From an uncultured Prochlorococcus sp. (GTDB lineage Bacteria > Cyanobacteriota > Cyanobacteriia > PCC-6307 > Cyanobiaceae): a stretch of DNA of 64,000 nt. Both the position numbers and the translations under genes were made by a program. The notes under the pieces were generated by a model. It was not told the origin of the DNA. It searched no databases and saw only the letters and a list, made by a program, of their open reading frames with translations. Below are positions 21,006-30,154 of this stretch, piece after piece (within the stretch, counting starts at the first letter, position 1; the number at the start of each line of letters is the position of its first letter). The stretch lies in NCBI GenBank assembly GCA_902518475.1, contig CABYGI010000004.1, forward strand, positions 17,303 to 81,302, written 5' to 3'.

Positions 21006-21052
21006 TCTTTAAATTAATGCAATATTGTTTGGCATTAAATAAATTTAAAGAT
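21005..21052 (+). terminator. Long imperfect hairpin directly after ndhD (possible terminator or 3' stabiliser)
   Basis: ATCTTTAAAT/ATTTAAAGAT at 21005-14 and 21043-52, plus TAATGC/GCATTA at 21015-20 and 21032-37. AT-rich, with no clear U-tract. Confidence 0.4.
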
Positions 21053-21127
21053 ATCTTGTGATTAGATTTTATCTATTTCAAAATATCTTATTTCAATCCT
21101 ATTGATAGGCAACAACTAGGCCCTAGA

Positions 21128-21949
21128 TTGTTGATCAAATTTCTTCAAGATGCCGCAGGAAAAGGCGAGCTTGATCCATGGGATATTGATGTAATAAGTG
21201 TAATTGATAGTTTTTTAGAACAATATTCATATACTTTCAATAAATCTTCAACTAGTCAAATCTCGTATCATAAGGATTTAGCAGAGACAAGCGAAGCATT
21301 TTTTGCGGCTTCTGTTCTAGTCAATTTAAAGGCTCAGGTTTTAGAATCTGATGTTTTCAAAGAAAATTATTCTGATTTTGAAGATGAATTTGATTTGGAT
21401 GATCAAGATTGGATAGATGAAGAATTTGATATTCCTAAATATCCTGAAAAATATCTGAGGAGAAGGTCAATCGCACAACCAATACTTAAACGTACAACAA
21501 CATTAGGAGAACTTGTAAGTCAGTTGGAGTCTATAGCAGAAGTTATAGAAACCCAAGATCTTCTGCTCATGAAGAGAAAAAGAAATAAAAAATTTTCTGA
21601 TAAGGCTTTAATTTCTCAAGTAAAATCGTTAGCACATCGCGAGAAACTTCCAGAAACCACTAAAGCGTTAGGGAAATTTATTGATGGATGGGAAAAAGCA
21701 TTACAATGGATAGATTTTGAATATTTAGTTAAGCAATGGCAAGCAGTTGTAAAAAATGATTTAGACAAAGATCGTTTGGGAGTTTTTTGGGCTTTGTTAT
21801 TTTTATCATCTGAAAATAAAATTGAAATTAAACAAATTAATTCTTTATATGGCCCAATTCAAATTAAAAGAATCATACCTGATGGTGGCGTAGCTCAATT
21901 GCCTATAGAAAATCTGGAGGTAGTTAATGCCTCTACCTCGGCGGCTTAA
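21128..21949 (+). CDS. scpA: Segregation/condensation protein A (kleisin)
   Basis: LDPWDID, ASVLVNLKA, C-terminal FWALLFL and QxxxYGPI winged helix. Start uncertain. Confidence 0.85.
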   Translation: MLIKFLQDAAGKGELDPWDIDVISVIDSFLEQYSYTFNKSSTSQISYHKDLAETSEAFFAASVLVNLKAQVLESDVFKENYSDFEDEFDLDDQDWIDEEFDIPKYPEKYLRRRSIAQPILKRTTTLGELVSQLESIAEVIETQDLLLMKRKRNKKFSDKALISQVKSLAHREKLPETTKALGKFIDGWEKALQWIDFEYLVKQWQAVVKNDLDKDRLGVFWALLFLSSENKIEIKQINSLYGPIQIKRIIPDGGVAQLPIENLEVVNASTSAA

Positions 21950-21995
21950 AAGCTTAATAGTAATAACGTATAATTTAAAAAATGGTTTTGAATTT

Positions 21996-23174
21996 ATGAA
22001 GGCAATGATACTGGCAGCAGGTAAAGGCACACGTGTTCAGCCTATTACTCATGTTATTCCGAAACCAATGATTCCGATTTTGCAAAAACCTGTTATGGAG
22101 TTTCTCTTAGAACTTTTAAGAGAACATAACTTTAAGGAAATAATGGTGAATGTTTCTCATCTTGCTGAAGAAATTGAAAATTACTTTAGGGATGGGCAAA
22201 GATTTGGGGTAGAAATTGCTTACAGTTTTGAGGGAAGAATTGAAGATGGAGAATTAATTGGTGATGCTTTAGGATCCGCAGGAGGATTAAAAAAAATTCA
22301 GGATTTCCAAAATTTCTTTGATGAAACTTTTGTTGTTTTATGTGGTGATGCTTTAGTTGATTTAGATTTAACTCAAGCTGTTAAAAAGCATAAACAGAAA
22401 GGAGCTATTGCGAGTCTAATAACGAAGAAGGTGACTAAAGATCAAGTATCGAGTTATGGTGTTGTAGTTTCTGATGATAATGGACGAATAAAGGCTTTTC
22501 AGGAAAAGCCATCAGTTGATCAAGCTTTAAGTGACTGCATAAATACAGGGATTTATCTTTTCGAACCCGAAATTTTTAATTACATACCTTCAGCAGAGAA
22601 ATTTGATATTGGAGCTGATCTTTTCCCTAAACTTGTAGAGATGGATTTACCATTTTTTGCATTACCAATGGATTTTGAATGGGTAGATATTGGAAAAGTT
22701 CCTGATTATTGGAGTGCTATTAGAAACGTATTGCAAGGTAAGGTAAGACAAGTGCAAATACCAGGTAAGGAAATAAAACCAGGAGTTTTTACCGGGTTGA
22801 ATGTAGCAGCTAACTGGGAAAAAGTTAATATTACAGGCCCGGTTTACATAGGAGGTATGACTAGGATCGAGGACGGAGCAACTATTATTGGCCCTTCCAT
22901 GATTGGACCTAGTTGTTGTATTTGCGAGGGAGCAACTATAGATAACTCGATTATTTTTGATTATTCAAAAATTGGTAAAGGGGTACGACTTATGGATAAG
23001 TTAGTGTTTGGTAAATATTGTGTTGGGAAAAATGGAGACCATTTTGATTTGCAAGATGCATCTTTAGATTGGTTAATAGCAGATTCAAGAAGATCTGATT
23101 TAACTGAGCCATCGCCTCAGCAGAAAGCTATGGCAGAATTGTTAGGTACTGATTTGATTAATATTCCAGACTAA
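21996..23174 (+). CDS. cugP: Sugar-phosphate nucleotidyltransferase, cyanobacterial CugP-type UDP-glucose pyrophosphorylase
   Basis: MKAMILAAGKGTR-PKPMIP, FQEKP, WVDIG, C-terminal beta-helix. Start set at ATG 21996. Confidence 0.8.
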   Translation: MKAMILAAGKGTRVQPITHVIPKPMIPILQKPVMEFLLELLREHNFKEIMVNVSHLAEEIENYFRDGQRFGVEIAYSFEGRIEDGELIGDALGSAGGLKKIQDFQNFFDETFVVLCGDALVDLDLTQAVKKHKQKGAIASLITKKVTKDQVSSYGVVVSDDNGRIKAFQEKPSVDQALSDCINTGIYLFEPEIFNYIPSAEKFDIGADLFPKLVEMDLPFFALPMDFEWVDIGKVPDYWSAIRNVLQGKVRQVQIPGKEIKPGVFTGLNVAANWEKVNITGPVYIGGMTRIEDGATIIGPSMIGPSCCICEGATIDNSIIFDYSKIGKGVRLMDKLVFGKYCVGKNGDHFDLQDASLDWLIADSRRSDLTEPSPQQKAMAELLGTDLINIPD

Positions 23175-24048
23175 GATCAGCTTTTTCAATAATTTCAGGA
23201 ATTAAATGCTCTGCTTTGACGGCCATTAGATGAACACCATTTGCGATATTAAAGAACTCATGAGCTTGTTCAGCTGCAATTTGAATTCCTTCCTGTAAAG
23301 GGTTTTTAGCATCTTTAAGACGATTTAAGATATTTTCAGGGATGTTCGCGCCTGGAACGTACTTGTTTATAAAGAGAGCGTTTTTGTAAGACTTCAATAG
23401 GAATACACCTGCAATTACAGGGATTTCAAGAGGATTGCTAATTTTCTCACAAAATTCAATCAAATTTTCCTTTTCCATAACCATTTGAGTTTGTATAAAG
23501 CCGGCTCCAGCCTCTTTTTTCTTTCTCATCCTATTTGCTAAACTTTTTTTATTTTTGCAACTAGGATCAGCTGCAGCACCTGCAAATATAGACGTTTTTT
23601 TATCGGAAAGTGCTCCTAGAGTAGGATCAATTCCTTTATTAAAAGCTTTAATTTGTTGAAGTAATCTAACTGACTCATACTCATGTACTGCTTTAGCATC
23701 TTGTTGATCCCCGGCTTTTACTGAATCACCAGTAATACATAATATGTTTCTAATTCCTAAAGCATTTGCTCCAAGAATATCTGATTGTAAAGCAATTTTA
23801 TTACGATCTCTGCAAGATATTTGCATTACTGGTTCTATTCCATTTTCCAGTAATAGTTTGGACATTGCCAAGCTGCACATTCTCATGACAGCTCTACTTC
23901 CGTCAGTTATGTTAACAGCATGTACCTTATCTTTCAAAAGTTGTGCTATCTTAAGAGATCTTATGGGGTTTCCACCTCTTGGCGGCATTAACTCTGCCGT
24001 TATTACTTTAGATTTTTTTTCTAAAATCTGCTGAAGTTTTGATTTCAA
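23158..24048 (-). CDS. metF: Methylenetetrahydrofolate reductase
   Basis: TAELMPP, NITD, CRDRN, ITGD, QTQ. Start set at TTG 24048, which avoids the overlap with pedR. Confidence 0.9.
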   Translation of the reverse strand: MKSKLQQILEKKSKVITAELMPPRGGNPIRSLKIAQLLKDKVHAVNITDGSRAVMRMCSLAMSKLLLENGIEPVMQISCRDRNKIALQSDILGANALGIRNILCITGDSVKAGDQQDAKAVHEYESVRLLQQIKAFNKGIDPTLGALSDKKTSIFAGAAADPSCKNKKSLANRMRKKKEAGAGFIQTQMVMEKENLIEFCEKISNPLEIPVIAGVFLLKSYKNALFINKYVPGANIPENILNRLKDAKNPLQEGIQIAAEQAHEFFNIANGVHLMAVKAEHLIPEIIEKADLSLEY

Positions 24049-24126
24049 TTGCTTTTTTTTCCCTAGTTGGTTAACAAGTGTACTGAGATTGCTAAACTTA
24101 ATTAATATAAAAAAGGAACTGTTTAA

Positions 24127-24405
24127 ATGCAAATGGTTGAAGAAGAAGTAAACAACATTGATATGATGGGCCTCTCAGCAAGAGAGATGGAAATCATCGG
24201 TCTTGTAGCTGATGGGCTTACAAATCAAGAAATTGCTGTAAAACTCACTATTAGTAAAAGAACTGTTGATAATCATGTAAGTAATATGTTTACAAAAACT
24301 GGTTCTAAAAATAGAGTTGCACTTTTAAATTGGGCAATGGACAACGGAAAGATTTGTAGAGATGGATTTAATTGTTGTTCACTCCCAGACTCTGATCAAG
24401 ATTAG
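24127..24405 (+). CDS. pedR: Small LuxR-type HTH regulator, PedR-like
   Basis: LSAREMEI-GLTNQEIA-RTVDNH HTH with a C-terminal C-x5-CC. Confidence 0.75.
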   Translation: MQMVEEEVNNIDMMGLSAREMEIIGLVADGLTNQEIAVKLTISKRTVDNHVSNMFTKTGSKNRVALLNWAMDNGKICRDGFNCCSLPDSDQD

Positions 24406-24559
24406 TATTACCTTTTAATTTTTTTGTATTATTATTAGCCAAATCCATTAAACAATAATTTGTAGAACCTAATTCGAAAAGTTCAGCATAAGCTAGACAT
24501 GCATCTTTGTCTGAATCAACAAATCTTAATATTCCTTCTTTGTCGTAAAGACCATACAT
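24368..24559 (-). CDS. Small hypothetical protein (63 aa)
   Basis: ATG-started ORF filling an otherwise empty gap, with a protein-like core MYGLYDKEGILRF-ACLAYAELFEL. Confidence 0.6.
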   Translation of the reverse strand: MYGLYDKEGILRFVDSDKDACLAYAELFELGSTNYCLMDLANNNTKKLKGNTNLDQSLGVNNN

Positions 24560-24589
24560 CTGGATAAATAAAAATCAATTTACTTAAAT

Positions 24590-24622
24590 ATAAAGAAAAT
24601 ATAAAGGATGAGGTGCTCCTTT
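24590..24622 (-). terminator. Rho-independent terminator of the ndhAIGE-nadK-CYTH transcript
   Basis: Minus strand reads AAAGGA-gcacctca-TCCTTT then ATATTTTCTTT, starting 27 nt past the CYTH stop. Confidence 0.55.
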
Positions 24623-24648
24623 GACTAGTTGCTTTTGAAAGTTGTTAA

Positions 24649-25122
24649 TTAGTCTTCTTTCCACTCTGAAAAAGGATTGTTAGCGAGACTGAAATTTGAG
24701 TAATTGGTCAGACCAGTAATTTCTTTTGAAATGAAAGATGGAATAAATAATTCTTCCTCTTCATTAGAAAGTTCAATTTCTGCAATTTCAAGTGGATAAT
24801 TATTTTCTTTAAAACAATCTATAATCCAAGATTTTTTTTCAATTTCTAAAAAGAATCTATCTTTTTTAATTGTATTTGAAAGATTTGACATTATTGTTTC
24901 AGCATCGCTTCGTGGAATGGCGTATTCAAATTCAAAGTTGGTAATGCCTTTGATATGTTTTTTAAGTGCAATTTTAGAGTTTTTGCCTATAAGCCTTACC
25001 CTAATAATCCAATCATCTAAACTGTTAGATAAATATCCTTGTTCAATATAAATTTTTTTCTTTATGAATTCTTTCCAATTATCATTTTTTATAAGAAATC
25101 TTCTTTCTATCTCTAAGGCCAT
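24649..25122 (-). CDS. CYTH-domain (triphosphate tunnel) protein
   Basis: EIERRFL, QGYL, FEFEY, AEIEL, YSN. Confidence 0.9.
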   Translation of the reverse strand: MALEIERRFLIKNDNWKEFIKKKIYIEQGYLSNSLDDWIIRVRLIGKNSKIALKKHIKGITNFEFEYAIPRSDAETIMSNLSNTIKKDRFFLEIEKKSWIIDCFKENNYPLEIAEIELSNEEEELFIPSFISKEITGLTNYSNFSLANNPFSEWKED

Positions 25123-26034
25123 TTAATTTTTGAGATTTTTTTGAGATAAATCACCTTTCCAATCTAGTTTTTTTATTAGGGTATTATAGTAACTTGTGCT
25201 TTTTTTAAACTTTATTATTTTGCAGGGTGATTGCCCTTTTTTGATCTCACAAAAATAATTTTCCTTAATGGTCATACATTTTGAACCGTCTCTCCATAAT
25301 TTAATTTCCCCTTTACTTTTTTTTACAGGTTTAATTATTACCTTACTTGTATTAGGTATAACTATTGGTCTACTAGCCAAACTCATCGGGCATATAGGGT
25401 TAATTATCATTGCATCAATACTAGGGTGCACTATTGGCCCCCCTGCAGCCATTGAGTAAGCCGTTGAACCAGTAGATGTGGATATGATTAATCCGTCACC
25501 TTTGTATTCATTAACCTTCTCGTTATTTATTTCAATTTGTATTTGGTTGGTTGGAGAAATGTCTTCTTCAACAGATTTAAAATAAAAATCATTTAAGGCG
25601 TCGTAGCTTTTTATAATCTTTTTTTCGGAACTTGACCCATTAATAAAAACATTACAATTTAATCTATTACGATAGTCAATTGTATATTCTTCGTTTTTAA
25701 GGATTTCTATAAAAGATTTGTCAAATAAAAAATCTTTTTCTTGCGTAAGGAACCCTAGATTACCACCAATATTAATGCTCAACATAGGAATATCATAATC
25801 AGCTAAAGCATTTGCACATTTAAGGAAAGTTCCATCACCGCCCAGAACTATGCCAATATTTGGTTGTAATTCTGGATTACAAAGATAATTTTCAATTTCA
25901 TTTTCATGAAAATCACTTTCAATTCTGTTTGATTTTATATTTCTAGCTTTGAGGGCTTCTTCACAAAATATGGAAGCCTCCTGAGCTACATAACTATCTG
26001 AACGATATACAATAAGCACCAATGATAGTTTCAT
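25123..26034 (-). CDS. nadK: NAD kinase
   Basis: [32 protein letters not shown]. Confidence 0.95.
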   Translation of the reverse strand: MKLSLVLIVYRSDSYVAQEASIFCEEALKARNIKSNRIESDFHENEIENYLCNPELQPNIGIVLGGDGTFLKCANALADYDIPMLSINIGGNLGFLTQEKDFLFDKSFIEILKNEEYTIDYRNRLNCNVFINGSSSEKKIIKSYDALNDFYFKSVEEDISPTNQIQIEINNEKVNEYKGDGLIISTSTGSTAYSMAAGGPIVHPSIDAMIINPICPMSLASRPIVIPNTSKVIIKPVKKSKGEIKLWRDGSKCMTIKENYFCEIKKGQSPCKIIKFKKSTSYYNTLIKKLDWKGDLSQKNLKN

Positions 26035-26043
26035 TTAATGCTT

Positions 26044-26364
26044 TTACCATTTTAATAAATTAAAACTTTCCATATCTACCGTCACCCTATTCCTATAAAG
26101 AGATAATAATATAGCTAATCCAACGGCTGCTTCTGCGGCAGCAACAGTAATCACAAAAATTGTAAAAACTTGTCCTTGAATTAAATTATTATCAACATAG
26201 GAGGAAAATGTCATCAAGTTTATATTGACCGCATTGAGCATTAATTCAATGCTCATAAGAACTCTTACGGCATTTCTACTATTTAATAATCCCCAGATAC
26301 CAATACAGAATAGTGCTGAAGATACAATTAAAAATGCTTGAATAGGAATTGATTCTAAGCTCAT
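26044..26364 (-). CDS. ndhE: NDH-1 subunit 4L
   Basis: LMSIELMLNAVN and AAAEAAVGLAI. Confidence 0.96.
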   Translation of the reverse strand: MSLESIPIQAFLIVSSALFCIGIWGLLNSRNAVRVLMSIELMLNAVNINLMTFSSYVDNNLIQGQVFTIFVITVAAAEAAVGLAILLSLYRNRVTVDMESFNLLKW

Positions 26365-26382
26365 GATAGGAAAGGTGAAAGA

Positions 26383-26982
26383 TTAATTTTTATTTGTAAG
26401 TAATGGTTCTGATGACTTTTCAATTAACTCTTGATCAACAGGTAATCCAGTGGAAATATCCTTGCTCATTACATCTCTTCTAGCTAAAACTATAGCACCA
26501 ATCATTGCCATTAAAAGTAAAACTGAGGCCACTTCAAATGGGAGTAAATAATCACTAAATAGATGTTCACCAATTCTGATAGTTGATTCCTCTCCGATAG
26601 ATTTTTGAGGACTTGAGAGGCTCCATACATTGGTCAAGTCGACTCTTATTAATAGGCTTAGCAGGGTTAAACATATTGATGTTGATATGATTCTTCTCGA
26701 TTTAATGTCAATGATGGGCTTTAAATCTTCTTTTTTATTGACTAGCATTATTGCAAAGATGATTAATACATTAACTGCACCCACATAAACTAGAACTTGT
26801 GCTGCAGCAACAAAACTTGCATTTAAAAGAAGATATAATCCTGCCACACTCATAAAAACTCCTCCTAGGAGAAAGGCTGAATAAACAATACTTTCGAGCA
26901 ATACAACGCCTAGTGCTCCAACAATAATAACTAAAGACAGAATTGTAAAACAAATAATTTGAGTTGTTATTGCAATTGACAT
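26383..26982 (-). CDS. ndhG: NDH-1 subunit 6
   Basis: QVLVYVGAVNVL and PFEVASVLLL. Confidence 0.96.
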   Translation of the reverse strand: MSIAITTQIICFTILSLVIIVGALGVVLLESIVYSAFLLGGVFMSVAGLYLLLNASFVAAAQVLVYVGAVNVLIIFAIMLVNKKEDLKPIIDIKSRRIISTSICLTLLSLLIRVDLTNVWSLSSPQKSIGEESTIRIGEHLFSDYLLPFEVASVLLLMAMIGAIVLARRDVMSKDISTGLPVDQELIEKSSEPLLTNKN

Positions 26983-26995
26983 AAATTAGTGGAAA

Positions 26996-27622
26996 TTAAT
27001 TGTTTGAATTAGAAACTTTATCTTTATTTTCAATGGATTCTGGTCTCATCCAATCATAAACTTCTTCAGGTAATTTACCAACTCTAGTATCTGAAGCTGG
27101 GATTTCGTGAGGGTCCATGACTCCTTTTGGAAGATAGGCAAGTTCTCTAAGGGGTTTAACTGAAGGATCTGTCGTAACGTTTGTAGGTAATCTACCAAGT
27201 GCAACGTTATCGAAATTTAGATTGTGTCTGTCGAAAGTAGCTAATTCATATTCTTCGGTCATTGAAAGACAATTAGTTGGACAATATTCAACACAATTTC
27301 CGCAAAATATACAAACTCCAAAGTCAATAGAATAATTTCTAAGTTCCTTTTTTTTGGTTTCTTTATTCATTACCCAATCAACTACTGGTAGATTTATGGG
27401 GCAAACTCTTACGCAAACTTCGCAAGCAATACATTTATCAAATTCATAATGTATTCTCCCTCTATATCTTTCGGAGGGTATTAATTTTTCATATGGATAT
27501 TGAACAGTAACAGGTCGTCTTCGAAGATGATCAAAAGTAACTGATAAACCATTATATAAATATTTTCCAGCATTAAATGCTTCTTTGATATAGCTATTTA
27601 TTTGTTGAAGGAAATTTTTCAT
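26996..27622 (-). CDS. ndhI: NDH-1 subunit I (2x[4Fe-4S])
   Basis: [12 protein letters not shown] and [12 protein letters not shown]. Confidence 0.97.
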   Translation of the reverse strand: MKNFLQQINSYIKEAFNAGKYLYNGLSVTFDHLRRRPVTVQYPYEKLIPSERYRGRIHYEFDKCIACEVCVRVCPINLPVVDWVMNKETKKKELRNYSIDFGVCIFCGNCVEYCPTNCLSMTEEYELATFDRHNLNFDNVALGRLPTNVTTDPSVKPLRELAYLPKGVMDPHEIPASDTRVGKLPEEVYDWMRPESIENKDKVSNSNN

Positions 27623-27690
27623 TGTGAAGAATTTACTTAATTACTTTATTTTAGTGGATTAATTTTAAATTTAAGTATTTTTACTTAAGT

Positions 27691-28809
27691 TTAACCACCA
27701 AAGAATTGAGGAAAAGCAAGTTTTAATCCTGCAGTTATCAAAAGATTAGCAAGAGAAATTGGAAGAAGAAACTTCCATCCTAGATCTAATAGTTGATCTA
27801 TCCTTACTCTAGGAGTTGTCCAACGCAATAATATTGCTATGAAAACTAAAAGATATGCTTTCAATACAGTCATTACGATGCCTATTGATGCAGTGAAAAC
27901 TTGTATGAAGGGTGCATTAATGGGTAAATTTAGAAACTTAGCTATTAATTCAACTGGAACAGGAAAACCCCATCCTCCCAAATAAAGTATTGATACCAAT
28001 AAAGCAGAAAGAATTAAATTAATGTAACTACCAAGGTAGAACAATGCGAATTTCATCCCTGCATATTCAGTTTGATATCCTGCAACTAATTCTTCTTCAG
28101 CTTCAGGCAGGTCAAATGGAAGTCTTTCACATTCTGCAAGAGCACAAATCCAAAAGACTATAAAACCAACTGGTTGTCTCCATATATTCCAACTTAGAAT
28201 TCCAGCTCCACTTTGTTGGTTGACAATGTCAATAGTACTTAGAGAATTTGTCATTAATACGATAGCCAGTACAGACAAAGCTAAAGGAATTTCATAGCTT
28301 ATTGATTGAGCTGCTGCTCGTAAACCTCCTAATAAAGAATACTTGTTATTTGATGCATATCCGCTCATAAGAAGTCCTATTGGCTGGATACTGCTTAGAG
28401 CGATCCATAGGAAAATTCCAATACCAACATTACTTATTAAAAGATTTTGTCCAAAAGGAACAATTAACCAGGACAGAATTACTGGGACGAGAACTAATAT
28501 AGGTCCTGCAGTGAAAAGAATACCATCCGCTTTAGCGGGAATAATATCCTCTTTGACAAGTAACTTAAGACCATCTGCAATTGGTTGGAGGACACCTAGC
28601 GCTCCTGCATATTCTGGACCGATCCTTTGTTGAGCAGCAGCAGATATTTTTCTTTCAAGCCAAACTGTAACTAAAACGCCAACAACTGCCGCTACCAAAA
28701 CCAAAAGCATAGGTAAAGGGAGCCAAATTATATGAATGATTTCGCTGGAAAGGCCAAAACCTTTTAAGAATTCATTAAAACTATATTCGAGATCTAATCC
28801 GTATTCCAA
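27691..28809 (-). CDS. ndhA: NDH-1 subunit 1
   Basis: [28 protein letters not shown]; TTG start. Confidence 0.97.
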   Translation of the reverse strand: MEYGLDLEYSFNEFLKGFGLSSEIIHIIWLPLPMLLVLVAAVVGVLVTVWLERKISAAAQQRIGPEYAGALGVLQPIADGLKLLVKEDIIPAKADGILFTAGPILVLVPVILSWLIVPFGQNLLISNVGIGIFLWIALSSIQPIGLLMSGYASNNKYSLLGGLRAAAQSISYEIPLALSVLAIVLMTNSLSTIDIVNQQSGAGILSWNIWRQPVGFIVFWICALAECERLPFDLPEAEEELVAGYQTEYAGMKFALFYLGSYINLILSALLVSILYLGGWGFPVPVELIAKFLNLPINAPFIQVFTASIGIVMTVLKAYLLVFIAILLRWTTPRVRIDQLLDLGWKFLLPISLANLLITAGLKLAFPQFFGG

Positions 28810-28884
28810 AATTTTTATGTTATTTACTTAATAGATTAACTCTTCATAAACAATATGTGTGTTTTTTATGAAAAGCTGCAAATA

Positions 28885-30030
28885 TTATTCTCTATTTTCT
28901 AGAGTGATCCATTCTCTTGGTTCTGAACCAGTGTAGATTTGCGATGGCCTGAATATTCTATTTGCTCCAAGTTGCTCTCTCCAATGAGCTAACCAACCAG
29001 CAACTCTAGATATGGCAAAAATTGGAGTAAATAAATCACGAGGAATACCAAGTTTTCTATAAACAAGACCAGAATAAAAATCCACGTTAGGGAATATCCC
29101 CTTAGGTCCAAGTCTTGGTATTGCCTCTGCCTCAAGTGATTTGGCAACTTCATACATTTCATCTGCTCCAAATCTAATAAAAAGCTCTTCTGCCAGTTTT
29201 TGAAGAATTATCGCTCTTGGATCTTTAACTTTATATTCTCTGTGGCCGAAGCCCATTATCTTACTTTTATTTTTAATTGCATTATCTAAAAAAGACCCAG
29301 CATTTTCTGGGGTTTTAATGTCTTCTAACATTGCAATCACATCCTCATTTGCTCCTCCATGCAGTGGTCCAGCTAGGGTTCCTACTGCAGAAGCGATGAC
29401 AGCATATGGGTCTGTAAGAGTACTAGCGGTAACTCTAGCGCTAAATGTACTCGCGTTTAAACTATGTTCGGCATGTAGAATTAAACACCTATCAAAAACT
29501 TTTGCAGCTATAGGATCTTGTTCCTTTTCCGTCAGCATGTAAAGAAAATTTGAAGAGTAGGTTAAATCATCTCTAGGTTGAATTGGGTCTTGTCCTTTCC
29601 TAATAAGTTGAAAAGCAGCAATCATTGTCGGTATTTTTGCTATTAGCCTTATAACTGCGTTGTAGATGTAATTAGGATCATCTATTGCTCTACGTGAATA
29701 GAATAGCCCCAAAGAAGCCGCACTAGATTGAAGAGCATCCATCGGATGACCGGTTGCAGGGAAACATTTCATCATATCTCTAACTCTAAAACTTAACCTT
29801 CGATGCATCTGAACTTCTTGTTCAAAATCTCTCAGTTGAATAGCTGTGGGCAATTCACCCCAAATCAATAGGTAAGCAGTTTCTAAAAAACTACTTTTTT
29901 TGGACAGTTCCTCAATGGAATACCCTCTGTACAATAATTTACCTTTATTGCCGTCGATATCACAGATAGATGAATTAGTAACTGGGACACCTTCTAATCC
30001 TGGTTTTAAAATTAGTTTTTTATTGTCCAA
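28885..30030 (-). CDS. gltA: Citrate synthase
   Basis: GPLHGGAN, GFGHR, PNVDFYSG. Confidence 0.97.
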   Translation of the reverse strand: MDNKKLILKPGLEGVPVTNSSICDIDGNKGKLLYRGYSIEELSKKSSFLETAYLLIWGELPTAIQLRDFEQEVQMHRRLSFRVRDMMKCFPATGHPMDALQSSAASLGLFYSRRAIDDPNYIYNAVIRLIAKIPTMIAAFQLIRKGQDPIQPRDDLTYSSNFLYMLTEKEQDPIAAKVFDRCLILHAEHSLNASTFSARVTASTLTDPYAVIASAVGTLAGPLHGGANEDVIAMLEDIKTPENAGSFLDNAIKNKSKIMGFGHREYKVKDPRAIILQKLAEELFIRFGADEMYEVAKSLEAEAIPRLGPKGIFPNVDFYSGLVYRKLGIPRDLFTPIFAISRVAGWLAHWREQLGANRIFRPSQIYTGSEPREWITLENRE

Positions 30031-30154
30031 TTGCTTAATTCAATATCAAATACTTATAGATTAAAGATAGTCAAATAATTTTTAATTAACCACAAGTTAT
30101 TAACTTCGCAAAAATTTCAAATGATTGTCTTTGAATCTTATTTGAATAACTTTA

